A stretch of 64,000 bases of DNA, taken from assembly GCA_034521815.1 (NCBI GenBank), contig JAXHLW010000013.1, positions 544,001 to 608,000 on the forward strand, written 5' to 3'. A program made the position numbers and the translations under genes. The notes beneath the pieces were generated by a model that was given only the letters and a program-made list of their open reading frames with translations, searched no databases and was not told the DNA's origin. Shown here in pieces: positions 31,415 through 44,400 of this stretch. This DNA is from Trueperaceae bacterium (GTDB lineage Bacteria; Deinococcota; Deinococci; Deinococcales; Trueperaceae). Positions within the stretch are counted from its first letter, which is position 1, and every line of letters begins with the position of its first letter.

Positions 31415-32811
31415 GCCGCCTCTCCCGTCAGCTCCCGGTACACGTCCTGGTAGCGCTCGGCGGACCTCGACCAGCCGAAGTCCTCGCTCATCGCCTCGTG
31501 GCGCATCCCCTGGGCGCGGCCGTCCTCGATCGCGACGCGGGCCTCCTCGGCGGCCCAGAGCAGCCCGTCCGTGGTGGCGTGATCGAACAGGAAGCCGGTC
31601 CGGCCGTGGCGGATGGTGTCGCGCAGGCCTCCCGTAGCGCGGGCGACGGGAAGCGTGCCGTAGCGCATCGCGATCATCTGCGACAGGCCGCACGGCTCGA
31701 ATCGGCTGGGGATCGCCAGCGTGTCGGCGCCACCGTAGATCCGGTGAGCGAGGTCCTCGGCGTAGGCCAGGCGGACGCCGATCGCGCCGGGGTGCGCCGC
31801 CGCGAGCGCCTGGGCCCGTGCCTCGAGCTCGGCATCTCCCGAGCCGAGGATCGCCAGTCGCCAGCCGCGCTCCACCAGGGCGCCCGCCGCGCCGAAGAGG
31901 ACGTCGATCCCCTTCTGATCGGCGAAGCGCGACACCACGCCCATCAGCGGTCCGTTCGCGTCCAGGCCCAGCTCGTCGCGAACGGCGACGCCGGCGGCGC
32001 GCTTGCCGTCCATGTCGTCGCGCGTGAACGGCTCCGGCAGCTCCGGATCGGTCGCCGGGTTCCACACGTTCCGGTCGATCCCGTTGAGGATGCCCACCAG
32101 CTTGTGCGACACGTGGCGAAGGGTGCCGTCGAGGCCGTAGCCGTACTCGGGGCGCTGCACCTCTTCGGCGTAGCTCGGGGAGACGGTGGTCACTTTCGAG
32201 GCGAAGTCCAGCGCGGCCTGCATGGCGTTGGCGCTGCCGAAGTGGTTCATGCCGCTCTGGCCGGCCGTGAGGGGCAGACGAAGCCAGTGCAACGCGTCGG
32301 GAATCGGCGACACGCCCTGGTACTGCACGTTGTGGATCGTGAACACCGTCGGCAGCCCGGGCCAGCCGGCCGGCAGGTGCCAGCCGTGCGTCAGCACCAG
32401 CGGCAGGTAGCCGGTGTGCCAGTCGTGCGCGTGCACCACGTCGGGTCGGAACCCCACGCGCTGGGCCACGGCGGGGACGGAGCGGGTGAAGCGCGCGAAA
32501 CGGCGTACGTCGTCGGGATAGCCGTACGGCTGCGGGCGCCGGTAGTCGTCGTGCCCCACGAAGACGTAGCGGACGTCTCCCGCCTCGAGCGTGCCGACGC
32601 CGACCGGCTCGAATCCGCCGGCGAACGGAACGTCCACGTCGCCGATCCAGAGCGGGCCTGGGTCGGCCCGCAGACCGTCGTACCAGGGCGTGACGACCAG
32701 AACCTCGTGCCCCAGGTCGGCCAGCGCGCCGGGAAGGGCGCCGGCGACGTCGGCCAAGCCGCCCGTCTTGCTGTACGGAAACACTTCGCTGCTCGCGAAC
32801 AAGATGCGCAT
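31411..32811 (-). CDS. glgA: glycogen synthase
   Basis: KTGGLADV, HAHDWH, TIHN, SRFADQKG, PSRFEPCGLSQ; leaderless ATG 32811. Confidence 0.96.
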   Translation of the reverse strand: MRILFASSEVFPYSKTGGLADVAGALPGALADLGHEVLVVTPWYDGLRADPGPLWIGDVDVPFAGGFEPVGVGTLEAGDVRYVFVGHDDYRRPQPYGYPDDVRRFARFTRSVPAVAQRVGFRPDVVHAHDWHTGYLPLVLTHGWHLPAGWPGLPTVFTIHNVQYQGVSPIPDALHWLRLPLTAGQSGMNHFGSANAMQAALDFASKVTTVSPSYAEEVQRPEYGYGLDGTLRHVSHKLVGILNGIDRNVWNPATDPELPEPFTRDDMDGKRAAGVAVRDELGLDANGPLMGVVSRFADQKGIDVLFGAAGALVERGWRLAILGSGDAELEARAQALAAAHPGAIGVRLAYAEDLAHRIYGGADTLAIPSRFEPCGLSQMIAMRYGTLPVARATGGLRDTIRHGRTGFLFDHATTDGLLWAAEEARVAIEDGRAQGMRHEAMSEDFGWSRSAERYQDVYRELTGEAA

Positions 32812-32906
32812 CGTCGGCAGTGTACACGTGCTCTGGTCGGCACGCTTACCGTTCTCATGGCCCAGGAAGGCTACGCTTCGTCTCATGGCGAACCCCCGGA
32901 GAACGC

Positions 32907-34253
32907 ATGAATCGTAGGTTCCTCGCGATCGGCCTGACCACGGTGCTGCTGGGCACCTTGGCGTGGGCCCAGTTCGGCCGTGACTTCGGCAACGAGCTGC
33001 TCGAGGATCCCACTGGACAGGCCCTGGTCCAGACGTACGGCGCCCTCAAGTCCAACTACCTGGAGGACGTCGATGACGAGGTGATCCTCCGAGGGGCGAT
33101 CAAGGGGATGCTCGAAGCGCTCGACGACCCGTTCTCGTACTACCTCGAGCCCCGCTCGGCGGCGCGCGAGGCGCAGGACCGCACCGGCTCGTTCGAGGGG
33201 ATCGGCGCGGTGCTGACCCCGCTGAACCGTCAGACCGGCGAAGGGGTCGAGATCCTCCAGGTGTACGCCGGCGGGCCCGCGGCGAAGGCCGGGGTGGAAC
33301 GCGGCGACATCTTCCTCGAGGTGGACGGCGTCGAGGTGCGCAACGCCACCACGGGCGACGTCGTGGACCTCGTCCGTGGTCCGCGCGGCACGGTGGTCGA
33401 GCTGCTGATGCGGCGTCCCGGCCTCGACGAGCCGGTCACGTTCGCGATCGAGCGCTCGACGATCGAGATCGTGGACGTGTCCAGCACGCTGCTCGACGAT
33501 GGCGTCGGCTACCTCACGATCCGCCAGTTCGGCAGCCAACGCGTGCACGAGCAGCTCGTCGAGGAGCTCGCCGAGCTTCGCGAGCGGGGCGCCACCTCGC
33601 TGGTGCTGGACCTCCGCGACAACCCGGGGGGACTGCTCACCCAAGGCATCCTGGTCGCGGACGAGTTCCTGTCGGGCGGCGACATCGTGTTCCAACGCGC
33701 GCGCGGCGTGACGCAGCGCATCGCCAGCGCCGACCCCGCGGCGAACGAGCTGCCGATGGTGGTCCTCGTGAACAACAACTCGGCGTCCGCGTCGGAGATC
33801 GTGGCCGGAGCGCTGCAGCAGAACGGCCGCGCGCTGGTCGTGGGCGAGGACACCTACGGCAAGGGCGTCGCTCAGAGCGTGATCTCGCTGTCCGACGGCG
33901 GCCAGCTGGCGTTCACCTCGTTCGAGTGGCTCACCCCCGAGCGCGAGACGATCGCGCAGCAGGGCATCACCCCCGACGTGTACGCCGACGACGCTCGGCA
34001 CCCGAACACGATCGCGATCGAGGGTCGCGGAGCGGATCCGGGCCAGTCGCTCCAGATCGTCGTCGACGGCGAGGTGCTGGGGACCGCCACGGCGGGCAGT
34101 GATGGCACGTTCGACTTCGTCACCACCGGACCCCGGCCCGAGATCAGCCCGGTGCAGGGCGAGGCGATCGTGAACCTGGACGCCGACCCCGCGCTCAGGA
34201 CCGCGGTGGAGACGCTCCTGAACCAGGTCGTGGCGGGCGCCGCGGCCGACTGA
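32907..34253 (+). CDS. ctpA: C-terminal processing protease (S41A) with PDZ domain
   Basis: Signal peptide, LDDPFS, FEGIG, LDLRDNPGG, SASASEI, TYGKG. Confidence 0.92.
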   Translation: MNRRFLAIGLTTVLLGTLAWAQFGRDFGNELLEDPTGQALVQTYGALKSNYLEDVDDEVILRGAIKGMLEALDDPFSYYLEPRSAAREAQDRTGSFEGIGAVLTPLNRQTGEGVEILQVYAGGPAAKAGVERGDIFLEVDGVEVRNATTGDVVDLVRGPRGTVVELLMRRPGLDEPVTFAIERSTIEIVDVSSTLLDDGVGYLTIRQFGSQRVHEQLVEELAELRERGATSLVLDLRDNPGGLLTQGILVADEFLSGGDIVFQRARGVTQRIASADPAANELPMVVLVNNNSASASEIVAGALQQNGRALVVGEDTYGKGVAQSVISLSDGGQLAFTSFEWLTPERETIAQQGITPDVYADDARHPNTIAIEGRGADPGQSLQIVVDGEVLGTATAGSDGTFDFVTTGPRPEISPVQGEAIVNLDADPALRTAVETLLNQVVAGAAAD

Positions 34254-34309
34254 TCCCGGCGCGGCGGGCCACGGCGAGATCGTCGTGATCGAGACGTGAT
34301 CGAATCCGT

Positions 34310-35100
34310 GTGATCGAGATCCGCGGCCTCGTGAAGCGCTACGGACGCCTGACGGCCGTGGACGGCGTCGACTTAGGCGCCCGGCCCGGCGAGGTCCTGG
34401 CGCTGCTGGGCCCCAACGGCGCGGGCAAGTCCACGACCATCAAGATCGTCACGGGGCTGATCCGCCCGACCGCCGGCCACGTTCGCGTGGCCGGCTTCGA
34501 CGTGGCGCGCGATCCGGTCGCCGCGAAGGCGCAGCTGGGCTACGTTCCCGACCGGCCGTACCTGTACCCCAAGCTGACCGGCCGGGAGCTGTTGCGCTTC
34601 CTGGGCCGGCTCCGCAAGGTGCCGGCCGCCGAGGCGCGGGCCGAGGCGTGGCTGACGCGCTTCGGGCTGCTGGAGGTGCAGAACGAGCGGATCGAGGCGT
34701 ACTCGCACGGCATGCGCCAGAAACTCACCTTCTGCGCTGCGTTGCTGCACGACCCGGCGGTGCTGGTGATCGACGAGCCGATGGTGGGTCTCGATCCGCG
34801 TGCCGCACGCGAGGTGCGGCGGCTGATGCGCGAGCGGGCCGAGGCCGGCCGCACCGTGCTGCTCACCACCCACCAGATCGACGTGGCCCAGGAGACCGCC
34901 GACCGCGTGGTCCTGCTGGACCGGGGCCGTGTCGCGGCGCAAGGGACGCTCGCGGAGCTGCGCCAGCGGGTGGGACGCGCCGACGCCCGCCTCGAGTCGA
35001 TCTTCCTCACGCTCACCGAGGAGCAGGCGGCGACGCAGGGGCAGGCCGAGGAGCTGGCCGATGGACCTGCCCGAGGACCGCCGTCCGTGCAGCGCCGTGA
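34310..35100 (+). CDS. ABC transporter ATP-binding protein (3' end uncertain, probable frameshift ~35040-35095)
   Basis: GPNGAGKST, YSHGMRQK, IDEPMVGLDP, TTH; likely stop is TGA 35098-35100 overlapping the permease GTG. Confidence 0.85.
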
Positions 35101-36748
35101 CGCTGCTCCTGATGCGCCTGACGGCGCTGCGCAACGCCGTGGCGCACCAGCCGCTTCGCCACCTGATCGCCGCCGCCATGGTCAGTGCGGCCGGCTGGGG
35201 CGTCCTGGTCGCCACGCGCCGTGCCGTGCGCTTCGTGGACGGGTTTCCCGCCATCGGCACGATCGCCGACGCCGTGCTGCAGCGAAGCCTGGAGGGCCTG
35301 TTCGCGGTGCTGATGCTGGGCGTGGCGTTCAGCGTGCTGACCGGCGCCATCGCCACGCTGTACGCCTCGCAGGACCTGCCGCTGCTGCTGGGCCTGCCGC
35401 TGGCGCCGGAGCGGGTGTTCGCGCTCAAGACGGCCGAGCTGTTCGCGCAGGGGGCGTTGGTGCCCGCGCTGCTGACCGCGCCGGCGCTGATCGGCCTGGG
35501 CGTGGAGCGAGGCGCGCCGGCGATGTTCTACCCCTCGGCGGCGCTGGCGCTGATCGCGCTGTACGCGCTGCCGGTCGCGCTGGGCGCCGCGTTGGCGCTG
35601 GGGCTGATGCGCGTCGCGCCCGCGGGCCGGGTGCAGGAGCTGGCCACGGCGGCGAACGTGGTGCTGGCGGCGGGGCTGGTGGTGGGCCTGCGCGCGCTGC
35701 GGCCGGAGCGGCTCAGCGCCGCCACGCCGGAGGAGTTCGAGGCGTTCCTGGTCGGGTTCGCGCGACTGGAGGTGGGCTGGGCGCCGCCGGCCTGGGCGTC
35801 GCAGGCCACCTGGGCGGCGCTGGACGGTCGGCTGTCGCTGGGCCTGGTGGTCCTCGCGGCGACGGCGCTGGCCTCGCTGGCCCTGGTGTCCCGGATGGCG
35901 GCGTGGGCGTACCGCGTCGGCTGGATCCGGGCGCTGGACACGGTGCATGCGCGCCGCGACCCGGCGTCCCGGCCCGCGGCGGCGTGGGAGCGGCCGCTGG
36001 CGCGGCTGGGGCCGGTGGGCGCGGTGTGGATCAAGGACCTGCGGAGCGTCGCGCGCGATCCGACGCAGTGGTCGCAGCTGCTGGTGCTGGTGGCGCTGGC
36101 CGCGGTGTACCTGCTGAGCACCGGCTCGCTGGAGGTCGAGGGGCAGCGCTTCCGGGACGCGCTGGGCACGCTGAACCTCGCGTTCCTGGCGTTCCTGATG
36201 ATCGGGATCGGGGTTCGGATGGCGTTCCCGCTGATCTCGCTCGAGGGCGAGGGCTGGTGGATGGTTCGGACCGGGCCGCTGCCGGTCCGGCAGCTGGTCG
36301 CGGCCAAGCTGGCCCAGGCCGCTGCCGCCGATGCTGGCGCTGGGCGGTGGGGATCGGCGCCGGCGCGGCGGCGTCGATGGACCTGTCGCCCGCCCTGGCG
36401 GCCGCGTCGCCGTGGGCCGGGGCGGCAGCGGCGCTGGTCGCCAGCGGTCTGGGCGTCGGGCTGGGCGCCGCCTGGCCCCGCTTCGACGCCGCCAGCGCGA
36501 ACGAGGTGCCGCTCTCGCCGGGAGGGCTGGCGTACATGGGGGCCGGGCTGGCGTGGGCGCTCGGTCAGACGGCGATCCTGGCGTGGCCGGCCTGGCAGGT
36601 GCTAAGGAGCGCGGGCGGCGGAGCGGTATGGGCCACGCCCGGCGGGCGCGTGGCGATCGTCCTGGCGCTGGCCTGGACGGCGCTGTTCACGATCGTGCCG
36701 CTGCTGCTGGGCACGGCCAGGCTGGCGCGCTGGGAGCCGGGCGACTGA
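35097..36748 (+). CDS. putative ABC exporter permease (frameshift near 36320)
   Basis: Multi-TM protein with SQDLPLLL..P, KD.R...RDP.QWSQ, FP.ISLEG; C-terminal TMs (GLGAAWPRF) in another frame. Confidence 0.8.
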
Positions 36749-36793
36749 GCCGCGCGCTCGCGTCACGCTCCAGCGCGTCGACGCCCGGTCGCT

Positions 36794-38360
36794 TCAGGCC
36801 CCCGGCAGGGCCTGCCGCCAAGCGTCGGGCGCGTCTTGAGCGACATCCGCGAAGTTGTCGCGGAAGCGCCGTGCCAGGTCGGCGGCCTGCGCGTCGTACG
36901 CCGCCGGATCGTCCCAGGTGTCGCGCGGTCGCAGCAGCGCGTCGTCGAACGCCCGGCACGCTGCGCGGCACCTGCAGGCCGAACGCGGGGTCAGGGTCCA
37001 GGGGCACCTCCTCCAGCGCGCCCGACAGGATCGCGCGCACCATCGCCCGGGTCGAGGGAAGCGGAATCCGGTGGCCCACACCGGCCCGCCCGCCGGTCCA
37101 GCCGGTGTTCAGCAGCCACACCTCGGTCGCGTGGCGCTCCAGGCGCTCGCCCAGCAGGCGGGCGTACAGCGTGGCCGGCCGGGGCAGGAACGGCGCCCCG
37201 AAACAGGCGCTGAACGTCGCCGCCGGCTGGGTCACGCCGCGCTCGGTGCCCGCCACCTTCGCGGTGTAGCCCGACAGGAAGTGCGCCATCGCCTGGTCGC
37301 GCGTGAGCTTCGCGACGGGCGGCAACACGCCGAACGCGTCGGCGGTCAGGAACACGATCCGGTCGGGATGGCCCGCCATGCCGGTGGTGGACGAGCCGGC
37401 CACGAACGAAAGCGGGTACGCCGCGCGCGTGTTCTCGGTCCGTTCGGCGTCCGCGAAGTCGATCCGGCCACCCGCCAGCGTGGCGACGTTCTCGAGCACG
37501 GTGCCGAAGCGGGTGCTGGCGCCGTGGATCTCGGGCTCGTGCTCGTGAGAGAGGTGGATCACCTTGGCGTAGCAGCCGCCCTCCAGGTTCGAGATGCCGG
37601 CGTCCGACCAGGCGTGCTCGTCGTCGCCGATCAGGGTGCGGTCCGGATCGGCGGAGAGGGTCGTCTTGCCGGTGCCGGAGAGGCCGAAGAACAGCGCGAC
37701 GCGACCGTCGCGCGAGGCGTTGGCCGAGCAGTGCATCGGGAGCGTGCCGCGGTCGGGTAGGCCGTGGTTGAGCGCCGAGAAGATGCTCTTCTTGATCTCG
37801 CCGCCGTAGCCGGTCCCGGCGATCAGCACCAGCCGCCGCTTCAGGTCCAGCGCCACCGCGACCGGGCCGCGCGTGCCGTGCACCGCCGGGTCGGCGTGGA
37901 ACGACGGCAGGTCCAGCACCGTCCAGCCGCCCGGTCCGCCGCGCCGGTCGCGCAGGAACAGGTTGTACGCGAACAGCGCGTGCCAGGCCCGCTCGCAGGC
38001 GACGGTGACGGGCGTGCGCAGCGCGGGGTCGGCGCCGGCGGCCAGCGTCTGGAGGTGCACCGTGCGGCCGTCCAGCCAGGCGTTCATGTCGACGCGCAGA
38101 CGCTCGAACGCGTCCGGTGACATCGGCCGGTTCACGTCGCCCCAGTCCACGGTGTCCTCGGCCAGGTCGTCTCGGACCAGGTAGCGATCATCGGGCGATC
38201 GACCGGTCGCGCTGCCGGTATGCACCACCAGCGGCCCGCCCTCCGCCAGGTGGCCCTCGCCGGCGCGGAGCGCGTGCTCGACGAGGTCCGGTGGCGCCAG
38301 GTTCCGGTGGACCGTGGCGTGGGCCAGGCCCGGCAGCGAAGGGGGGAACGAGTCGGTCAT
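36794..38360 (-). CDS. pckA: phosphoenolpyruvate carboxykinase (ATP) (frameshift near 36955)
   Basis: TGRSP, YGGEIKK, MHCSAN, GLSGTGKTTLS, IGDDEH, EGGCYAK, NTGW.GG; PRDTW tail in the shifted frame. Confidence 0.93.
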
Positions 38361-38486
38361 GGCGCATCTCCCGGGTGATCAGAGGGTGAGGGAGCGGATG
38401 GTGCGAAGGCGACACCGTGTTGTAGCAGGGCGCGGCGGGCGATCGGTGTCCGTCTGCAGCGAGGCGGGTACAACTAGCTCGGCGGC

Positions 38487-41400
38487 TCACCAACGCAGCG
38501 TGATGCCGAAGCGCGCCTCGCTTTCGGGCGTCGACAGGGACGCCCCGCCCTCGATCGCCAGGAACGGCGTGAGCTGGTACCGCAGGCCGGCGGTCAGCTC
38601 GGGCGTCGGCTGGACGGCGGCGACGTCGGCGAAGTCCAGGCGGGTGGCCAGGTCGAACGCGACCGGTCCCAGCTCGTAGGTGAGCGCCAGCGTGTTGCTG
38701 AGCGCATCGTCGCCGTTCGCGTCCGCGAAGCGGCCCACCTCGTAGCTCGCGAACAGACCCTCGCCGACGTAGCCGCCCAGCCGCAGCGACACGCCGAACG
38801 GATCGTCGTCGCCCGCCAGGACGCTGCTGAGGGTGCTGGTGCGGATCTCGACCACGTCGAGGCCCAGCGCCTCGGAGAGGGCGGACTGGAGCTCCGCCAG
38901 GATCAGCAGGTCCACGGCGCTGTCCAGTGCCGAGCGTGCGACGCCGCCGGCCACGCCACCGCCCGCCAGCTCGCCCGACAGGTCCAGCCGCCCCAGCGCG
39001 ACCAGCGAGAGCAGCTCCGCCTCGCTCAACGACCGTGCGCCGGCGCTCAGCCCTTCGCCCGCGGGAATCGACACGACCGCGTTCGACGTCAGGACCGGGT
39101 CCAGATCCAGTCGGAACGGGCGCGGCTCGCCGGGCGTGGGGAGCACCTCCGCCTCGAACGTCAGTCGGACCTCGAACGTCGCGCCGGTCGGCTGCTCGAA
39201 CGTCACGCCGCGCGCGGCGCTGGCCAGCACGTCGCGCTTGTCGAACGTGGCGACCGCCTCGACCTCCAGCACCGGGTACGCGCCCCTCGACGGCTCGAAG
39301 CGGGCGACGGCGCGATCGATGGTGAAGTCGCGTCCCGAGAAGCGGAACGTGCCACGCTGCGCGGTCGCTGCACCCGACAGGCGTGGAGCGGCCGCGGAGC
39401 CGGCCAGGCTCAGGTCGGCGTCGAACAGCGCGCTCCCGAAGTTCTCCGAGAACGACAGCCGACGTCCGACCAAGGCGAGGTCGTCGAACACGAACCGCGA
39501 CAGCGCGGAGCGCCGGCCGGTACCGTCCTCCGGCGCTGGTCCCGCCGGTGGGCGGATTCCGAGCACGAACCGGCCGTCGCGTACCTCGACCCGGCCGGAC
39601 AGGTGGAACAGCTCGTCGTAGCGGAGGCGCAGGTCGACGTCGCTGGTGCTGTCGTCCAGCAGCAGCGACGGGGCCCGCAGGGAGAGCGTCTGGCCGCTGG
39701 CGCGCAGGTCCAGCGGCCAGAGGGTGCCCTCGACCCGCAGCGGAGCGCCGATCCGGCCGGTGACGTCCAGGTACGGTCGTCCCTCCGCGTTGGCCCGCAC
39801 GACGCCGGTCAGGTCGGTCACCTCGCCGATGAGGGGCACGTTGAGGTCGCCGTCCACGCTCAGGCCGGCGTCCTCGAGCCGCCACGGATCCAGCCGCAGG
39901 CGGCCGTCGCCCGCCACGCGCAGCTGTCCACCGACCGGCTGGACGCCGGAGATCAGGGCGTTCACGCTCAGGTCGGCACCGTCGAGCGCGACGTCGGTAT
40001 CGGTCAGCCGGTAGCGCGCCCCGGCCAGGGCCAGCTCCAGATCCTGCGTCCGGGCGGTGATGCGCGGCGACGCGATGGTCCCCTGCGCGTCGACCGTCAG
40101 GTCGCCCAACGCCTCGACGTTCAGTCGCGCCAGCGAGGGGACGAGTCCCAGCAGCGGGGTGGCGTCGGCCTGGTCGGCGCGCAGCTCGAAGTCCAGCTCG
40201 TCTTGGGCGATCGTGCCGTGCGCCTCCCAGCGGCCGTCGCCCTCGAACGCCGCGTTCACGGTCAGCCGGCCCGCCTGCACGTCCGCCGCGAACGTGCCCG
40301 TCGTGACGATTCCGGAGCGCTCCAATCGGACCCGCTCGGTCGCGATCCGGACCGAGCCGCTGCCCGGCGCGCGCCACGGAATCTCGAGCCGAAGCACGCC
40401 CGTCGCCTCGGCCTCGACGTCCAGCGGGCCGACGCGGGCCTCGATCGGAGCCTGGATCGGGAAGCGCTCCAGCGTCCACAGCAGCTGCAGGCGTTCCAGA
40501 TCGGCCGTTCCCTGGATCGGACTGCCGGCCCAGGCGCCGCTGAAGCCGACGCCGGTTCCGCCCGCTCCGAGGTCGCCCGCCCCTTCGATCCGCAGCGGCA
40601 CGGCGCGACCGCCGGCTCGCAGGTCCGGCACCGTCAGCTGCGCCAGCACCCGGCTGCCGCGCAGCTCGATCACGGCCGCGATCCCGCCCGTCGCGCGGGG
40701 CGCAAGCCTGGAGACGCCGGGCAGGGAAGACACGTCCAGCTCCGAGATCCGGATCGACGCCTCGGTGCCTGACGCGGCCGCGCGGCTCGCGTCGCCCGGG
40801 TCGGTCGCCCTGTAGGCGGCCGGCAGGAGGTCCGACAGCCCGATCCGGCCGTCCAGCGTGGCGCGTCCCGCGCCGTCCAGCTCCAGGCGCCCCTCGACGG
40901 CCATCCCGGTCGCGACCAGATCGCCGCTCAGGGCGGCCACCAGGCCGCCGGGCAGGCGCAGCGCCAGGTCGCGCAGGTCCGCGGTTCCGGTCAGGCCGAC
41001 GTCGGGCGCCAGGGTCAGGTCGGCGGTCGCTCCGCCCCCCGACAGCGTCAGGCCCACCGTCCGATCGTCGCCGCTCCACGTCGCCTGGACGGCCAGCGGG
41101 TCGGGCGCGTCCGACGCGTCGTCGATCCGGAGCGTGGCGTCGTCCAGGCCGCCCTGCAGCGACAGCGTGAGGCCCTCCCCGGTCAGCGATCGGCCCAGCG
41201 ACCCGGCGATGAGCTCGGCAGGAAGCCCAGACGTCGAGGCGGGCCGGAACCGTCCGGTCAGGTCCGCGACGCCGTCGCGGACGGTGCCGTTCAGGACCAG
41301 ATCGCCGGCCGGCGCGCGGTACGTCACGTCGTTCACGTTCGCGTTCGACACCGGACTCCACGCCACCGTTCCCGCCAGCCGGCCCTCGCCTTCGGCGGTC

Positions 41401-44400
41401 AGGCCGTCGCGTCGAATCGTCGCGAGGGCCTCCAGGGGCGCAGCGGCGGGGAGCGCAGCGACCAGGGCATCGTCGCTGGTGGCGCCCGGAAGCGCCGTGG
41501 GGACCAGGCGCAGGTGCGGAACGCCGCCGCGACCCTCGAGCTGCACCGTCACGCCCGGGACGTCCAGGGTCGTGGCCCCCGTCAGCCTCCACGGCTGGTC
41601 ACCGTTCCACGACGGTGCCGTCAGGTGGGCCGTCGCCACGTCGTTCGTCGCGAGCTCGCCCGCCTCGGCGTCGCCCACCTCGGCGTCGCCCACCTCGGCG
41701 TCGCCCGCGATGCGGAGGTCCAGGCTGGGCCACGCCTGTCCCGAAATCGCGACCGTTCCGGCGCCCGGCAGCCCGGCGTCCAGCTCCACGGTGAGGGTCG
41801 GCCCCGTCGTCGGCGTATCGGCGATCGCCGCGCTGCCGGCGACGTTCACGGGACCGTCCAGCTGGACGTCCAGCGCCGTGTCCGGCAAAGCTCCCTCGCC
41901 GCGTACCTCGCCGCTGACCGAGAGGACGCCGGCAGGGGTGGGCAGCGACCGCACGTCGACCTGCCCGCTCCACGCGCCCTGGTCGCGCCGCACGTCGACG
42001 TCGACGGTCGCGTCTCGAACCGTGCCCGTCGCCGTCAGGTGCAGGGCGTCCGAGCGCAGCGACGCCGACCCCAGGACCGTGCCGCCGTCCGGTCCGGCGA
42101 GCTCCAGCTCGGCGGTGCCCTGTGCGCCTGGACCCTGTACGCCGGTGCCCGACGCGGTCAGGGCCAGCCGTCCCGCGCTGGGCAGCTCCAGGTCGCGTAC
42201 CGCCACGGTCCACTCCTGGTCGAGCAGGTCCAGGCGAGCTTCGACGGCGCTCCCGGCGCCGTCCGCTGCGGGCGCGGTGTCCGTGTCGACCGAGAGCACG
42301 CTGCCGTCCGCCGACACCGTGAGGTCCGGCAACGGCACGCCGGCGACGGCGCCTCCGACCACGCTGCCGTCCAGCCAGCGGTCCGCGTCGAGGCTCAGCG
42401 CCAGCCGCGCCTCGCCCGCCAAGGCGCCGCTCAGCGTCGAGAGCGGCCAGCGGACCAGGACGCCGGCGCTGTCGCCGCTCGCGCCGCTCTCCGCGCCTGC
42501 GTATCGGCAGCACCCGTATCGGCACCGATGCCGTCCCCGCGAACGGTCGCAGGACCAGCTCGACGCCGGTCAGCTGGTCCTGGCCGTTCAGCACCACGTC
42601 GGTTCCGTCGGAAGAGGCGGTCAGGGCGCCGCCGGGCGCGACGATTCCGCCCGACGCGACCAACGTTCCGCGCGATCCGGCGATGCGAAGGTCGCTGCTC
42701 CATACCCCCTGCGACGTCCGGACCGATAGGTCGCTGTCCAGGTCCAGGCGCTGGTCGTCGGGTCGCCAGCCCAGCTGCAGGGTGCCCTCGACCGGGCCGC
42801 CCAGACGCAGGTCGGCGCGGATGTCGGGGACGGGGAGCGTGCCGTCCAGCGCCACGGCTCCGTCGACGGTGAGGTCGCCGATCCGCAGCTGGTCGGCACG
42901 CAGCGCGCCCGTCAGCTGGGCCCGGAGCGGCGGTACGCCGGGCGCCGCCCGGACGCTCAACGGACCGGTGATGCGACCCGAGGCACCGGCGCCGAGCGCC
43001 TCGCCCAGGTCGGCGTCGACCTCGGCGGTGACCGTCCAGCCGTCGGCCAGCTCGGCGCTGCCGGTGATCTCTCCGCCGCTGGCGCGGAGGGTCCATGCGC
43101 TCACGCGCCCTCTCGGTCGCGCTCCCCATTCCGCTTCCAGGGTCGCTCGGGTGTCCAGGCGCGGATCTTGAACGGCAGGAATCCACGCGCCGAGGTCCAG
43201 ATTCTCGGTGGTCGCCTGGGCCCGCCACCCGGCGGCGTCGACCGTCGCGTCCAGGTCCAGCTCGGGTCCGCTCAGGGTCAGGCGCCCCCCGCCGAGGCCG
43301 GCGCCCAGCGTGCCGGTGGCCTCGGTCGCGCCGCCGAGCGTGACGACGCCGTCCAGACGAGGCTCGACCAGCGACCCGGCGAGCTCGAACGTGGCGTCCA
43401 GCGTGGCCAGCGACTCGGACGGCTGGCCGGTGGGGGCAGGTCGGTGGGGCAGGGTCGGTGGGTGCAGGGTCGGTGGACGCCGCGGCGGGCGATCGGGTGA
43501 CGACTCGGAGCTGACCCGAGCCGTCGAGGACCGTGTTCCACGGCGGTCCGACCAGGCGCGCATCCACGTCCAGGTCAGCGGTGGCGGCGCCGGCCCCGAC
43601 CTCTCCATCGAGGGCCAGAGCCAGCGCTTCGCCACGTCCGTCCAGCGTGGCCGTCACGGTCGGAGGCGCGCCTGCGGTCTCGAGCTCGCCGGCTGCGGCC
43701 CAGCTCGCGACGGCGGCGCCCGACCAGCCTTCGGTCCGGTTCCAGGCGAGTCCTCCCGCGTCGGGCACGATCCGTACGCCGGCCAGCTCGCGCCCCTCCC
43801 CGCGTAGCTCCAGCCGCACGAGGTCGACGCCGTTCAGGTCCACGCCGTTCAGCTCCGCGCCCAGGGCCAGACCTGGCGTGGTGGCGCGGACCGCGAGCGC
43901 GTCCCATGCGCCGGACGCGCTCAGCGCCACCGGGCCGGTCGCGCCTGTGAGGGACGCCGAGCCGGTCACCGCTCCACGAAGCTCGACGTTCGGCCAGATC
44001 CGTCCGCTCAGGTCGGCGCGTAGATCCGTGGGCTCCAGCACCACCAGGTCGGCGTGCTCCACGGTCGCTTCACCGTCCTCGAAGGCGCCACGGGCGCTGA
44101 ACGTCCCTGCCGCCGGGAGCGCCGCCCGCGCGGGTACGGCCACGTCCAGGGTGGCGCTCCAGCGGTCGTCCTGGGGCCGTAGCCCCAGGCTGGCCTGCGC
44201 GCCCGACCAGCTCGCGACGCCCAGCAGGGCGCCACGGGCCTCGCGCGCGACCCGCAGCTCCAACGGCGCGTCGGCCAGGGTGCCTTCGAGCTCGACGGAC
44301 GTGACGTCGGTGGCCACTCGGCCGCTGAGCGCGTACGCGTCGCCCGCCGCCTGCACCGTCCAGGCGTCGGCTCCGGGCGCCAGCTCGGCCGTGATCTCCT

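Noticed and set aside
32885-32917. Leaderless uORF MANPRRTHES overlapping the ctpA start
   Set aside because: Removing one C from the C5 run fuses it in frame to ctpA, so a homopolymer error is equally likely
34310-36748. Apparent 812-aa ABC ATPase-permease fusion
   Set aside because: The middle is Arg/Gly-rich off-frame text; two indels return the permease tail to the ATPase frame
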